DNA of 64,000 nucleotides from Podarcis tiliguerta (Eukaryota). The notes beneath the pieces are model-generated. The model saw only the letters and a program-made list of their open reading frames with translations. It was not told the DNA's origin and searched no databases. This document shows positions 11,779 through 23,700 of this stretch, piece after piece. Made by a program: the position numbers and the translations under genes. The stretch is taken from assembly GCA_965153285.1 (NCBI GenBank), contig OZ229111.1. One strand, given 5' to 3'. Every line of letters starts with the position of its first letter. The stretch's first letter is position 1.

Positions 11779-13234
11779 TTTTTTCGATTTTTTAAATTAA
11801 CATATAAAACACTTACATTTACACAATACGCATACACAACACACTACCTTATTTTCATAACATAAAACATACCTACATTATTCTATATAATACCTACCTT
11901 TACTATACATATCAACATGCCTACACACCTAACCCCCCACGGGCACCCACCAAGTGACTTGACTTCCAGCCGTTCTTGTTACGCTACTTTATTTTTCCAA
12001 CTAGCTTAAACACATTTCATTATTTCTTTAATCTCTTCTTCTGTCTTGACTTTACTCTCCTTTCACTCTAATCATTTTCTGGATTCACTCAATATCTGTC
12101 AGAAATTCTACTTTTTTCCACATAAATTTTGATGTATTCCTTAAAGATAGCCCATTCCTTATTCACTTTTTGTACCTTATTCTCCTCTTATCCTCCCTGT
12201 TAGTTCGGCAATATGGAAGTATTCCATCATTTTAGATAGCCAGTCTGTTTTAGTTGGGGCACTGCTGCTTTTCCAATTTTTGGCAATCAATAAGCTTGCC
12301 TCCATAGTTGCATACATAAATATTGGTCTGACCATTCTTTTTATTTCCTCTGACATGATACCTAGGAGAAAGGATTCTGGGTTTTTTTCAAATCAAAATC
12401 TAAACATCTTTTTCAATTCATTATAGATATTTTCCCAGAATCCCACTATCTCTTTGCACTCCCACCACGTGTGTAGAAAGGTTCCTGCCCCATTGTTGCA
12501 TCTCCAACAGACATCACTACAGTTTTTATACATTTTTGCCAGTCTGACCGGGGTCAGGTACCATCTGTATTGCATTTTCATTACATTCTCTCTTAAATTA
12601 TAGCATGCCGTAAATTTGATATCTCTTTTCCAGAGCTGTTCCCATTAGCTCATCATAATATTTCCCCCTGAATCCTGGGCCCACTTTACCATCACTGTCT
12701 TCACTTGCTCCTCCTTTACCTCCCATTCTAGGAGCAAATCATATAATTTGGAAATAATGTTTACTTTTAGATTGGATTAAGTATTCATCCAGTCTTGAAA
12801 TTTCTTTCTCATATCCCTTTTGTTTATCTTTTGCCAATCTCTGATTAATTTGAAAATATTGCAGCCAATCGTTCAAATATTTTTTAACTTCCTTATATTC
12901 TTTCAATTTAAGTTTGTTATTTTCCTCTTCCAATAATACCTTATATGTTGCCCAATTGTTATTCATATTCTTTCTCTTTACAGTCATGATTTCTAAGGGT
13001 GAGCTCCACCAAGGTGTTTTGGGTTCTAGGATCCCTTTATATTTCATCCATATTTTATACAGTGATTTCCTTATAATATGGTCCATAAAACCCATGTGGA
13101 CTCCTACCTTTTCATCTATTAGGTATGCATGCCATCCAAATCGAGTGTCTACTCCCTCCAGATCTAACACATCAGTATCCTTTAATTTAATCCACTCCCT
13201 TAACCAGGTCAGATATAATTCCAGGTCAGGTAGG
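11779..13234 (-). mobile_element. L1-clade LINE, 5'-truncated, with 19-bp TSD
   Basis: Minus-strand peptides LPDLELY..WLREWI and KMQYRWYLTPVRLAKMY..CWRC..GTFLHTWWEC (L1 ORF2 C-terminus), with a T-rich tail at 11779. GACATGGACTCTGCTTTTC occurs at 11760-11778 and 13235-13253. Confidence 0.9.
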
Positions 13235-13757
13235 GACATGGACTCTGCTTTTCAGTCTACGGTCTGCTTGACCTGCCTTTGTTTGGGATGCTCTGTGTTC
13301 TCACCCCAGCTTTGAGGTGCGCTATCTGAATCATAGTACTTCTAGAACCCAAGAAAGATTTGCAAGGCAAATGGGTAAATGGGAGGTATAAATGACCGAC
13401 AGTAGTGGACTTACCTGGCTGTAGGAGCAAAGGAAAGCAAAGGAAGAAAAAGTAACCATCCACCCTCTTTCCTCTGCAAAGGAAAGTGTGAAGCAACTTG
13501 CAGTTTACCTTTAGGTTCCTTTCCTTTTCCTTTTGTAAGCGACTTTTCTGGCCCATCTATACTCAGGGTGGAAATCAGCAATACAGCCAGAAAACACATC
13601 AATACAATGCAACACAGCAATGTCTTTTTTTTTAAAAAAAAACAAACCAGCAGTAAATTAGAACCTAAACCAGTGCAGAACTCTTCTACTAATGGCACCA
13701 TACACGTTTTGTTTCATTGCTCAAATTGTTGCACTCAAGGCATTCACTATACTGCTA

Positions 13758-13786
13758 CGTTGCAAAGTTCCACTAGATGTCAGTGT
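13758..13786 (+). promoter_or_regulatory. CTCF motif with upstream TGCA module
   Basis: CCACTAGATGTCAG at 13770-13783 (one mismatch to core), preceded by TTGCA at 13760-13764. Confidence 0.5.
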
Positions 13787-14996
13787 AACCTTAGGATAAG
13801 GAGAAGCAAAGAGACAGTTCCCCATTACCTAACAGATGTGGAATAAAGCTCTGTCACTGCTGTTTTGATCACACGGGAAAATAATGTTGCCTATATACCC
13901 TGAAAGAGAGGTTGCTGAGACTTTATGTGATGTTGGGCCTCTTTTACTTGAATCAATATTGTGGATCATTGTTTGGGGTCCAATGACCCCTCTTCCTGTT
14001 ACGGTATATTCTGTTTCTTGTTTTCTGTAACCATGTGAATCAGGGATGTAAATCAAATAACCTGTGGCCCTCCAAATATTGATGGGCTCCCATTATCCCA
14101 TCATCCCTATCCACATCCCAATTGTTCTAGCATAACAGGTCCATTAAATCTCATACACCAAATCTTGTTTATATTTGTACAGAAGATTATATTTGTACAG
14201 AAAATCTTCACTGAGTTCCCTAGGAGCCAGACTTTCATAGGATACAGTCCAAAACAATTCCTTTTTACTTAATGGTCTTTCATCACCACTGACCTTTTCA
14301 ATGGATCACAACATAATGTTATTGCATTTACATTGCTCTTCAAGAAAATGTTTTACTAATTGAGGCCCCCTTCTTTGATGCTGCAAGTGGCCTAGATGTC
14401 TTTCCTCCATAGATCTGTGGGATAACCAACCTCATAGAACCAACATGCTTATGTCTAATTAATGCATGAAGTCTAATTAAAACCATGAAGCAGGACTTTG
14501 AAGAGTTTGTAAGTAAACAAAATTTTGACTAACCAAATGTGTGGTCTTTTCCTATGCTGGTGGCAGAGGGAAATTATGGAACTCGCTTAAAAGGGCGTAT
14601 TTCAAAGGTCTGACAGCCTAGATTTTCCACATGCTTCTTTGCTGCATATTTTGAGACTTTAAATATCTGCTGGGGCTCTCTCACCCAAGAGTACCTGCTC
14701 CAAACTTGGGTTTTGGCATCCAGACACACACACTCACACACACACAACACAATCTTATTGTGGGAATATGCAATCACAAAAACTACTCCTGCAAGTCAGA
14801 CTGGGCCATGGACATAATCTCATGGATTTTAAAACCACCAAGTGTTTTTTGATGTCAAACGTGGCAGGTCTTGTACTACATGCCATTTGGAACATATGTG
14901 CATTTGTAAATCTTTTTGTGACCTGGCTGAATGGGAAAAAATAAATGAATTTCTGTTGTTTGCTATTCTTCTTTGAGGAGACATGATAACACATCT

Positions 14997-15418
14997 ATAA
15001 TAATAATAATAATAATAATTTATTATTTGTACCCCGCCCATCTGGCTGGGCCTCCCCAGCCACTCTGGGCGGCTTCCATAGAAACAAAAAATACAGTAAA
15101 ATATCACAGATTAAAAACTTCCCTGAACAGGGCTGCCTTAAGATGTCTTCTAAATGTCAGGTAGTTATTTATCGCTTTGACATCTGATGGGAGGGCGTTC
15201 CACAGGGCGGGCGCCACTACCGAGAAGGCCCTCTGCCTGGTTCCCTGTAGCTTTGCTTCTCGCAATGAGGGAACTGCCAGAAGGCCCTTAGCGCTGGACC
15301 TTATCGTCCGGGCAGAACGATGGGGGTGGAGACGCTCCTTCAGGTATACTGGGCTGAAGCCGTTTAGGGCTTTAAAGGTCAACACCAGCACTTTGAATTG
15401 TGCTCGGAAACGTACTGC
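14997..15418 (-). mobile_element. L2-clade LINE 3' fragment with (TTA)n tail
   Basis: Peptide FKVLVLTFKALNG..PVYLKERL..RTIRSS..RAFSVVAPALWNALP..FRRHLKAALF, with (TAA)n at 14997-15019. Confidence 0.88.
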
Positions 15419-15835
15419 TCGGAATCTACAGATGTTGGTCCTATTCAAGGCTGATTCTACAACCCTAGATGGGTAACCTTTATTATAAAAGTGTCATGGT
15501 AAAACTTGTGGTTCTTTCATGTTCTCCTGATTTTCAGACCATTCCAGATCCCCTCTTCTTTCTACTGACTTCAGTGCTTCCCACCATCACCCTTGCTCAT
15601 TTCAGTCTCTAACCAGGCTGGAAATCAGATTGAAAGGGGTAGAGAAGCATTTTGCAGTCATGCTACTGGCACTGAGTGGAGCCATATGTCAGGGTAATGC
15701 TACAGATAAAATCTCATTGTTGTCTGGAAAGGCCATCAAGGAAGTGGGTGCATAGGTTCCTGCGTGGAGCAAAGGTGATGTTCCCTAATCCTAGCTAGAA
15801 TTCTGAGACCACAATCGTATACTTACCTGGGAGTA

Positions 15836-16201
15836 AAAAGGTAAAGGAAAAAGACTCCTGGACAGTTAAGTCCAGTCAAAGGCAACTATGGGGTTGCGGT
15901 GCTCATCTCACTTTCAGGCCGAGGGTGCCGGCGTTTGTCCACAGTTTTCAGGGTCATGTGGCCAGCATTACTATACCACTGCTGGCTCACAGAGGACTGT
16001 GACAAATGCCAGAGTGCACGGAAACACCATTTACCTTCCTACCACAGCGGTACCTATTTATCTACTTGCACTGGTGTGCTTTCAAACTGCTAGGTTGGCA
16101 GGAGCTGGGAAAGAGCAATGGAAGCTCACCCCGTCACGGGGATTTGAACCGCCAACCTTCTGATCAACAAGCCCAAGAGAGGCTCAGTGGTTTAGACCAC
16201 A
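15836..16201 (-). mobile_element. Sauria SINE (diverged subfamily) inserted in a short palindromic repeat
   Basis: AAAGGTAAAGG tail and Sauria core. The flanks ACTTACCTGGGAGTAA and TAAGCCCAACTGAACTCAAT are two halves of the ~90-bp dispersed repeat. Confidence 0.85.
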
Positions 16202-16239
16202 TAAGCCCAACTGAACTCAATTCAACTATCTTCCAAATG

Positions 16240-16421
16240 GACACATAGAGGATTGTCAGCGGCTGGCTCTGCACAAGCTTTGGCAGCCTGCTCCTCACAA
16301 GTGGCAGCGGCCAGCTCCTCAACAAGTCAGAGCAATCTCCCCCCATTTTCTAAATTTGGAGTTCCCCAAAACAGGGGGCGTCCTACACATGGGGGCGTCC
16401 AATACACAGAAAAACACGGTA
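16240..16421. mobile_element. Tc1/mariner-pogo-type MITE end (partial)
   Basis: Ends GGCGTCCAATACACAGAAAAACACGG-TA, similar to the right terminus of the 58678-58933 element. Confidence 0.45.
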
Positions 16422-16719
16422 ACTTCTTAAGAGAAATGCACAGGTCTCTATCTACTCTGTTGTTCCACAACCCCATTCCTATAACACTGATGCAGCTACT
16501 GCTATTTGATAACAATGCTTGCCATTGTTTCCTAACCACATGCCTCAAGGCTCTTTTTAATGTTGTTCTCATAGCAAGATTGGTGCGTGTGTGTGTTTCC
16601 ATTGCTGAGGGTTACCAGAGCAGGAAACAGGTCTCTCTCTCCATCTCAAGGCAATCTGGGACATTGACATAACTCTCTGCGGGTCACTTGCCTTGACTTG
16701 GGTTGAACCAGGTACATTC

Positions 16720-16805
16720 AGAGAATCATAGAGGTGGAAGGGACCCCAAGGATCATCTACTCCAAACCCCGGCAATGCTGGAATCTCAACTGAAGCATCC
16801 ATGCA
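16720..16805 (-). mobile_element. CR1-type 3' tail
   Basis: AGAATCATAGAGGTGGAAGGGACCCCAAGGATCATCTACTCCAAACCCC is the reverse complement of a CR1 terminus. Confidence 0.6.
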
Positions 16806-18112
16806 TCTATTCCTTGCATGGGCATATACCTCAAGCAATTGATTCATACAGGAAGTGTTTGAGTTGAAAGAGATTGAACCCCTTCAAAATAACTTTGTCA
16901 AGCTCCTTGGAGTTTGAGTGGGCAAACAAGGCCTCTTTCAGGTGACTTTGTTGTTTTAAGGAAGATGGATCGGGTAGGACGGTGGTCCCCCAAGAAGTGA
17001 CAGGGCTGGGCAAGCTGCTGTGTTTGGGCAAGAGAGAGGTGAATAAGGGTTATCAAGCAGAGCCAGGAATGGAGCTGGCCCTTAGCAAAGGAAACAGCAG
17101 CATACTGCCAGGACAAATATGAAGCTTTTGTTCGTTCTGCTTGCCTGCGTCGCATTGGGTTAATTTGCTATTACCCAAAGTACTTGACAGCAATGATTAG
17201 CAAAGCCTGCAGTAACAGTGAGAATTAAGAAAAGTGGTAAAAGAAGGAAGCTAAAAAGCAGCTCCTAGATAAGGTATCATTCATAGGAAGTGGATGGCAG
17301 GATCAAGGGCTTGGGGAGTGTTTGGCAGCTAAAATATCCTGGCAAGCTGTCACCTACAGCTTTCACACATTTCATTCTTCAGAAAGTGCAGATACACCTC
17401 TTCAAGCTAAAGACACAATTATTGCTGAGGCAAAGTTAAGCGTGCTTGGTGGTTAATGTTGCAGTGGGTGGGTTGCAAACCGTATAGATAGGTATTTGGT
17501 GTATCCTAGGTCAAGGTTAGAGCTTTGGCAAAAAAAAACCTCCACCCCCCATTTTTTTCATTCCCCCCTCCCCCATTTATTTTGTAGTTCCTGGTGCTTT
17601 GAATAGGGCTGCATTAACCATTATGCAGTCATTCCAGAAAACCTGGGACCCGTTGCAATAGAATGGTTGTTTAAAATAAAAAGTACTTTCATGTGAATTA
17701 ACAAGTTTCTCCCACTCCCACTGCTGGCATCCTTTAAAGTTTCCCACAGCTCAGAGCGGCCATCCCATCAGGCTGCCTTAGTGGGAGGGATGGGAAACAA
17801 GGCTTCTCGCATCAGCTTTGCGGAAAGACCAGCTGCATCAGGCACCTCCTACCCCTGAACTATTTCTACACCTGCTGCTCATGATAAGAAATGCTCTTTA
17901 ACCATTAGTGTCTTAGTTTGCTTTCTGCATCTCTTCCCTCCCTGTTCTTCCCCCTTGCTTCTCACTTTTCTTAGATTGCAAGACTGCAGGCAGGGCCTGT
18001 CTTATTTTAGTTGATTTTATGAAAACCATTCTGGGAGCCCTTTTGGCTCTTCAGAGTGGGGTACAAATGCTCTGTTTAAAACAAATAATATAGGGTGGCT
18101 GTTCCTTCAGGG

Positions 18113-18265
18113 CATCATAGAATTGCAGAGTTGAGAGGGACCGTGAGGGTCATCTTCTGTAGTCCAACCCTCTGCAATGCAGGAATCTTTTTGCCTAATG
18201 TGGGACTTGAACCCGTGAACCCTGAGATTAAGAGTCTTGTGCTCTACCGGCTAAGCTATTGCAGC
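18113..18265 (-). mobile_element. tRNA-Lys(CTT)-derived SINE with CR1-type 3' tail (not a functional tRNA)
   Basis: Reverse complement of 18192-18265 reads ..TAGCTTAGCCGGTAGAGCACAAGACTCTTAATCTCAGGGTTCACGGGTTCAAGTCCCACATTAGGCA, close to tRNA-Lys-CTT but with a broken acceptor stem. It is joined directly to a CR1 terminus at 18113-18187. Confidence 0.8.
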
Positions 18266-18959
18266 ATCAGTGGCCATTTTTTCTAATTGTGTGGGAAATT
18301 GAACTCTGCTTACAGAAGGGGCTGCTTGCAACTTGGCAGCAATTTTTGGACGCAGAGATAAGCAGATGTTTGACTGCCTGAGAGTCTCCAGGAAGAACAA
18401 AGAGTGGCATAGGTATCAGGCAGGTCAGTGCCTGCAGAATATGATCCCCTACGTAAACCAGAGCTGCATGTTGGGTTCAAGTTGAGAGTTCAGTAGCATT
18501 CTTTAGTGGAATAATGGAAAATAGCAAATAATGTTGCCTGACAAATTTCAAATACATAAACAAAAAAATCTTGACTTGATGAATTAATGGTGGACCAAGT
18601 TCCAATGCTTTTAATAATGGCATAGAAAGGGGAATTTCAGCAAATGCAGCTTCTGCTACCACTATGACAGTATCCATAGAAGTTGCACTTTCCACAATTG
18701 TTATTTCCATGCAGCTGTTGTTTTTTAAATGAAGAAACGGACTCAGATAATCCCACCCATCCCCATCATCAAATTATCATGGTCAAAACCAGCCATTCAG
18801 GATCAAGCAACACACTGAGGCTGGCATCTTAAACATATAAATAAATTCTATTGATTTGCAATAGATTTGCCAAAGGCGTCTGATTCCCGAAGGTTTAACA
18901 CAGCAGCAACAAAAATGCTCCTCCTCTCACTACCTAAAAATAAATAAATAAACTGCTTA

Positions 18960-19480
18960 TGTTAAAAATTATGCACAGGCGATATTTGAAACCTCACCTC
19001 CTAAAATTATCATATATTTAAAAAAACATACCCAGCATTATGCTGGAGAGATGCAAAGAAGAGACGTCATACCAACATATGTGATGGACATGCACTAAGA
19101 TAATAAGAATTTGGAACTATGTATTTCAGGAATTGAGCAAAATAAGAGGCAAACCATTGGAGAAACTTAACACATTACTAATACATGGATACATAGATAC
19201 ATTCACTGTGGACTGGTACAACTTTATTGCATACACCAACACATCAAGCAATAACAGGATGATTCGGGAAGCATATAGAAGGATTTGGACTGTCTGAGAA
19301 CACTAGGACCGTTCCTTCAGAACCCGACGCTGTCCAATACCCATCTCTGACAAATCCATCTGGAAGATTAAAAAAAGAATTATATTATGAAAAGTAATAA
19401 ATATCCTGTGGAAATGCATGTGGTCATTTATATGTATGTTGTTGTTGTTGTTTTGAAAACAACAATAAATATGCCAAAGA
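18960..19480 (+). mobile_element. old degenerate L1 3' fragment
   Basis: Broken peptide KIMHRRYLKP..ERCKEETSYQHM*WTCTKIIRIWNYVFQEL parallels the L1 motif at 12393-12581. AATAAA follows near 19465. Confidence 0.65.
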
Positions 19481-20544
19481 TAAGAAAAATAATTAGACTG
19501 CTAAAATAAGGAAAGCTTGGGAAGGGGAAAACCTGGAATGGATTTCTGTATGAAAGAACTGTGAGTTCAGTTCTGACACTGAAAACAAATCCCTGGGTCA
19601 AGACTGTGCTCTGACAATGCAGGTGCTGGAAGAAGGGAGAGTGTGATTGATGGCTGTGGGATGGAGCAAACGTGGAGTTTGCTCCAGCTCTGCCATTTTC
19701 ATTTCAGGAAACTCTGGTACAATATTTCAAATATGAGGGGACCTCCAAAACTTCTTGATATGACAAGCTATGCACCATTTGGATCCTTCATATTGGAACA
19801 TTTATCATAGCCAATTAAGCCGAGTTATATAATTTACACCAACCTTTTGTGTTCTGTGATATCTCAGGATGTTTCAAAATGAATTTTCATTTCCATACCA
19901 AAGTTATAAAGATTAAAATCCTGGTTTCCCCCTATGAAAAGCCACCACGCTAATCAAATATTTGCATATGTTCCACCACTGGTGTGAAACCTCCTGCCCT
20001 GGCTGCTATTAGATGAGCTGCCCTGATGTCAGCAGAGGGAGTGACATCAGGGCAGGAAGCAGCAGAGAGCTGAAGAAGCAGTAAGGCAAGGGAAGGAGTG
20101 GTGAAAGAGGAAGAGGGTGGAAAGAGAAACAGCCACAGTAGGAAGAGGGGAGGGGAGTGGTAGGAAACAGAAAGAACAAAGTTTATAGAGAGAGAGTATG
20201 TGTGTCTTGAGGAAGATAGGAAGCTGAGTCAGACAAAATGAGGTGTAGTCAGTGGCAGCAGATGTGATGAAGGTAACCCTGGTGTCATGGGAGGCAAGTG
20301 AACAGGGAGGAAAGTGGGGGAGAAAATGAGCTCAGAAAAGAGAACACACATGTCCAGTTTCTGGAGGGGCAAGAAGGGCAAAACTTCAAGCATGTTGCAT
20401 TATTTTATTTATTAAAGCATTCCATTCCATCTCACCTCCATAATATCAAAAAACCCATTCAATAGACATTGGTTTAACATCATTAGAGCTGCACGTCTCT
20501 GATGTTGACGTCTACATCCCAAAGCTCAAGCACAGTATCTCCTT

Positions 20545-20700
20545 CCCTCTTTTATCTTCAGGACAAGGGTGCGTGGGGCCAGTCATTGTCATCCCCATTT
20601 TAGAGATGAAAAACTGAGGCCAAGGAATCACTCGAAGTAATGCAGTGGCTGCGTGGCCGAGCTGGCATACACTTCCTGGACCAACACATTCACTCCTGGA
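20545..20700 (-). mobile_element. MIR/CORE-SINE remnant
   Basis: ATCCCCATTTTAGAGATGAAAAACTGAGGCC is the MIR core signature. Confidence 0.65.
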
Positions 20701-23700
20701 TTTCATTTCCACCTGGACCGAGCCAAAATGAAAAATGAAAAATCGCCTCTCGAAGAGTGTCTTTATTGGTCGCTGTCCTCTTCCTGCCGTGCTGATGGGA
20801 CCGTCGAGCTTAGTCTTCTTACCTGTTCACGAGGTGGTTTTATAGACCTACCATTAACTGATGATGCGCCTGATAATGTGATGAGGATCCTTCCCGCTGA
20901 CGAGGCTGATAAACCAGTTTAGGGTCACACTTAGAACGAAAGTAATCTGGGAGTCGAAACGGTGCCACTGCTCTGCTTTTCCTGATGCAAAGCACCTGAA
21001 AACGTAGGCGCGTTGTTATCGATCCTTGGCAATACGGCCTCACGCCCTGATCTTCGGGAGCATCTTTAGATCTCGGATGCTTTTTTGGATTGCATCCTGC
21101 TAATCCCCTGCTGTTCTAGCCCCAGGTGGCTTTCTTTCAGGAAAAGCAACGTCGGGCTTCCCTCTGGCCCTTGCGATTGTTTTCCAGGCTTTCTAGGCCA
21201 CCGGGTTTTTGGGGGATGAAGGAGAGAATCAGCACGAGACCGGAAAGGCTTGCTTGATCTCGCCGCAGCCCCGACTACCTGCGACTCCCCTCCCCCGCAA
21301 TTCTCGAGGATCATTCCCAGACTCCCCCCACGATTTGAAAGAGGTGAGAAAATGACCCCGACGTAGAGGCCCCGGCTGAGAGTGGCTTGTTGCCAGACCA
21401 CCCAGCGAGCCACGAGGACAGGCGAGGATTCGAACTCAGGATTCCCCAGGTTCTAGTGATTCGTCTATTCTAGTGATTCGTCTATTGATCCAGCTTTCCG
21501 AGCCCCCCCCCTCTGTCTCTCCCCCCCCCCCCCGCAATTTCTGCAAGAGGAGGAAATCGTGGGGAGGTCTGAAGGCAGGCTCTCTTCCCAACTCCCTCGA
21601 TTCCCTTCGCGTCCCGTGGGTCCACAGCGCGGATAAGCCCCAGAGTGTTCGCCCCTCCCCTCTCTGCTCAACAGAGTGGGGACATTTGGAGGGACCTCTG
21701 CAGCGGTTCTAGGAACGCAAAAGAAGAAGTAGTGGACCCCCTCCTGACCCGAATCCCCCTTTTGGGGGCGCGTCCAGATCGGCGAACCCCCTAAGTGCCC
21801 CCCGAGAAACCCCCAGAGGAGGGAGGCCCTAGATCATCGCAAACGCGATAGGACGCCAGGCACGAAGGAGGTCGGGGCTATTCGGGTGGAGACCCCGGTG
21901 GGGGTGGGGGCGCGATCCGGAGAGGGATACCCCCTTCCCCAGCGTCTACGAGGGTATTCGGCTGGATCGTGGTGGGCTGACTGGGAACGAAGGCGCGCCA
22001 TCTCCCCTCCCCTCTCCTCTCTCAGACTGAGGGCTGGAGGGGTGCCGAGTCCCTTTTCCTGCAAAGGTAAGTCCATGGCGGTGAATCGTCGGCAGCCAAA
22101 AGGCGCGCGGGCGGCGTGGGAATCCCGCTTACCCCGCTTACCTTAACCCCGGGGGCTGCTGATCGGGGGCAGGGCGGTTCTTTGGGGGAGAAGAGACGGC
22201 AAAAGGAGATCCACCCCAGGAAGCAGGATGATCTGGAGGCCCACCACGCGGGGCTCCGTCCGGGCAAGTGACCGTGTCCGGGCTGAGGAAGCGCCAGCTG
22301 TTCCCACTACCCCGCCTCGCTTCGCTCATTAAGACCTCGTTGGTCCCAATTGCGAGGTTCCTCTTTCCCTAAGGCGGGTCCCTTTTCTATCCTTCGGCGC
22401 ACGCCTCGCATTGGCTTCTTCAGCCGAAATGTGGAAGCTGCTTCGCTGGTCCTTAAAAATACTTAGCTCAAATAAGTTAAGCTTAAAAAAAAACCACACC
22501 AACCCAAAAGGATGGGACAGGTGTTCTTCCTTCCCCTACCCCCGCTCTCTTCCCCAGCCGATTCGCACTGAAACGACCCCAAGAGACAATTTTAACCCGG
22601 GCCAAAGTGCCCTAGATTTCTCTTTTCTTCTTTTCACCCCCACCCTCCGCCAGTTCTTCTTCTTCCTCCTCCTCCTCCTCCTCCCTGTCCCCAGTGCGTT
22701 GATTCAGGCCTTGGTAATTAATTTGGCATTTCAGAAAAGCCCCTGGTCTGGATAAAGCCGCCATTCATCCCCCCAGCCTAATCTGAACACAATCTGGAAG
22801 AAAAGCTTTCAGAGAGACAGAAAACGCCTTTCGCTTCGCGTTCAAAAGAGCTGTCACTCCGTCGGAATAAATAGCTCCTGATTATTTCGAACCCGGGCTC
22901 CTGCCTCGCCTTTGCGCCACGAACTCCCCCCCCCCCCGTTCCTTAGCCAATAATTATTTCTTTTTCTAACCCCACCCCAAAAAAGCCACCACCCCATTTA
23001 AAAAATAACCTTGCACTAATAGTTTTTAGAATATATATTTAGGCTGCAGTGCGTTTTTTCTTTTACAGAAAGGGGAAAATGCCTTCTCTCCCTAACTCCT
23101 TTTTCTTTCTTTTTTTGCGCTGCCTCTAGACCAGAAAGAGAGGGCCAAAACAACAATCCTCGGCAGAGGGAGTTGAAAATAAGCGTGTTGTTTCAGAGAT
23201 GAAAAGAAGGACATGTGCAAAGCAGGAGGGGGGAGAGAGATCACGTCCGAAATCCGGAATTCAGTTCAAAATGCGCTGTCTTTCAAAACAGTTTAGACGC
23301 GCGCACCACTTGAAGGCTGTGATTCCGTTGCAATCAATATAAGGCAATGTACTGCATATTGTGTTTAGCATAGTTTCCATCGTGGTCTCTCTCTCCCCCC
23401 CCCCGGCCCAAATACAACAACATATTTATAGGGGTTAAGTATTCCGATTTCGTTCCATTGTTTTATCAAGTCTCCGAGGTCCAACAGTTAGCCAAGTTTC
23501 ACTTTACCCTGAAAGGTGAAGCCGCTGGGGGTGGGTGCGGGGAGTTAAGGACAGGGCCTCCTCTTCCCCATATTGCGGGGAAAGTACCCCCCCGGGCAAA
23601 ATTAAGCTCATCCTTCCACCCCCTGGAAAGGATAGGTCAAAGGGGCTTCGTTTGGGCTGCGTGCTCCGCGCTTCCCCCTCCTTAATGGCGAGGCTGCGGC

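Noticed and set aside
18192-18265. Functional tRNA-Lys gene
   Set aside because: The acceptor stem is mispaired and the unit is fused to a CR1 tail, so it is treated as a SINE.
18477-18710. 77-aa ATG-initiated minus-strand ORF as an exon of a neighbouring gene
   Set aside because: No recognisable protein and no clear donor. It shares GCTGAAATTCCCCTTT with ~7308, suggesting repeat origin.
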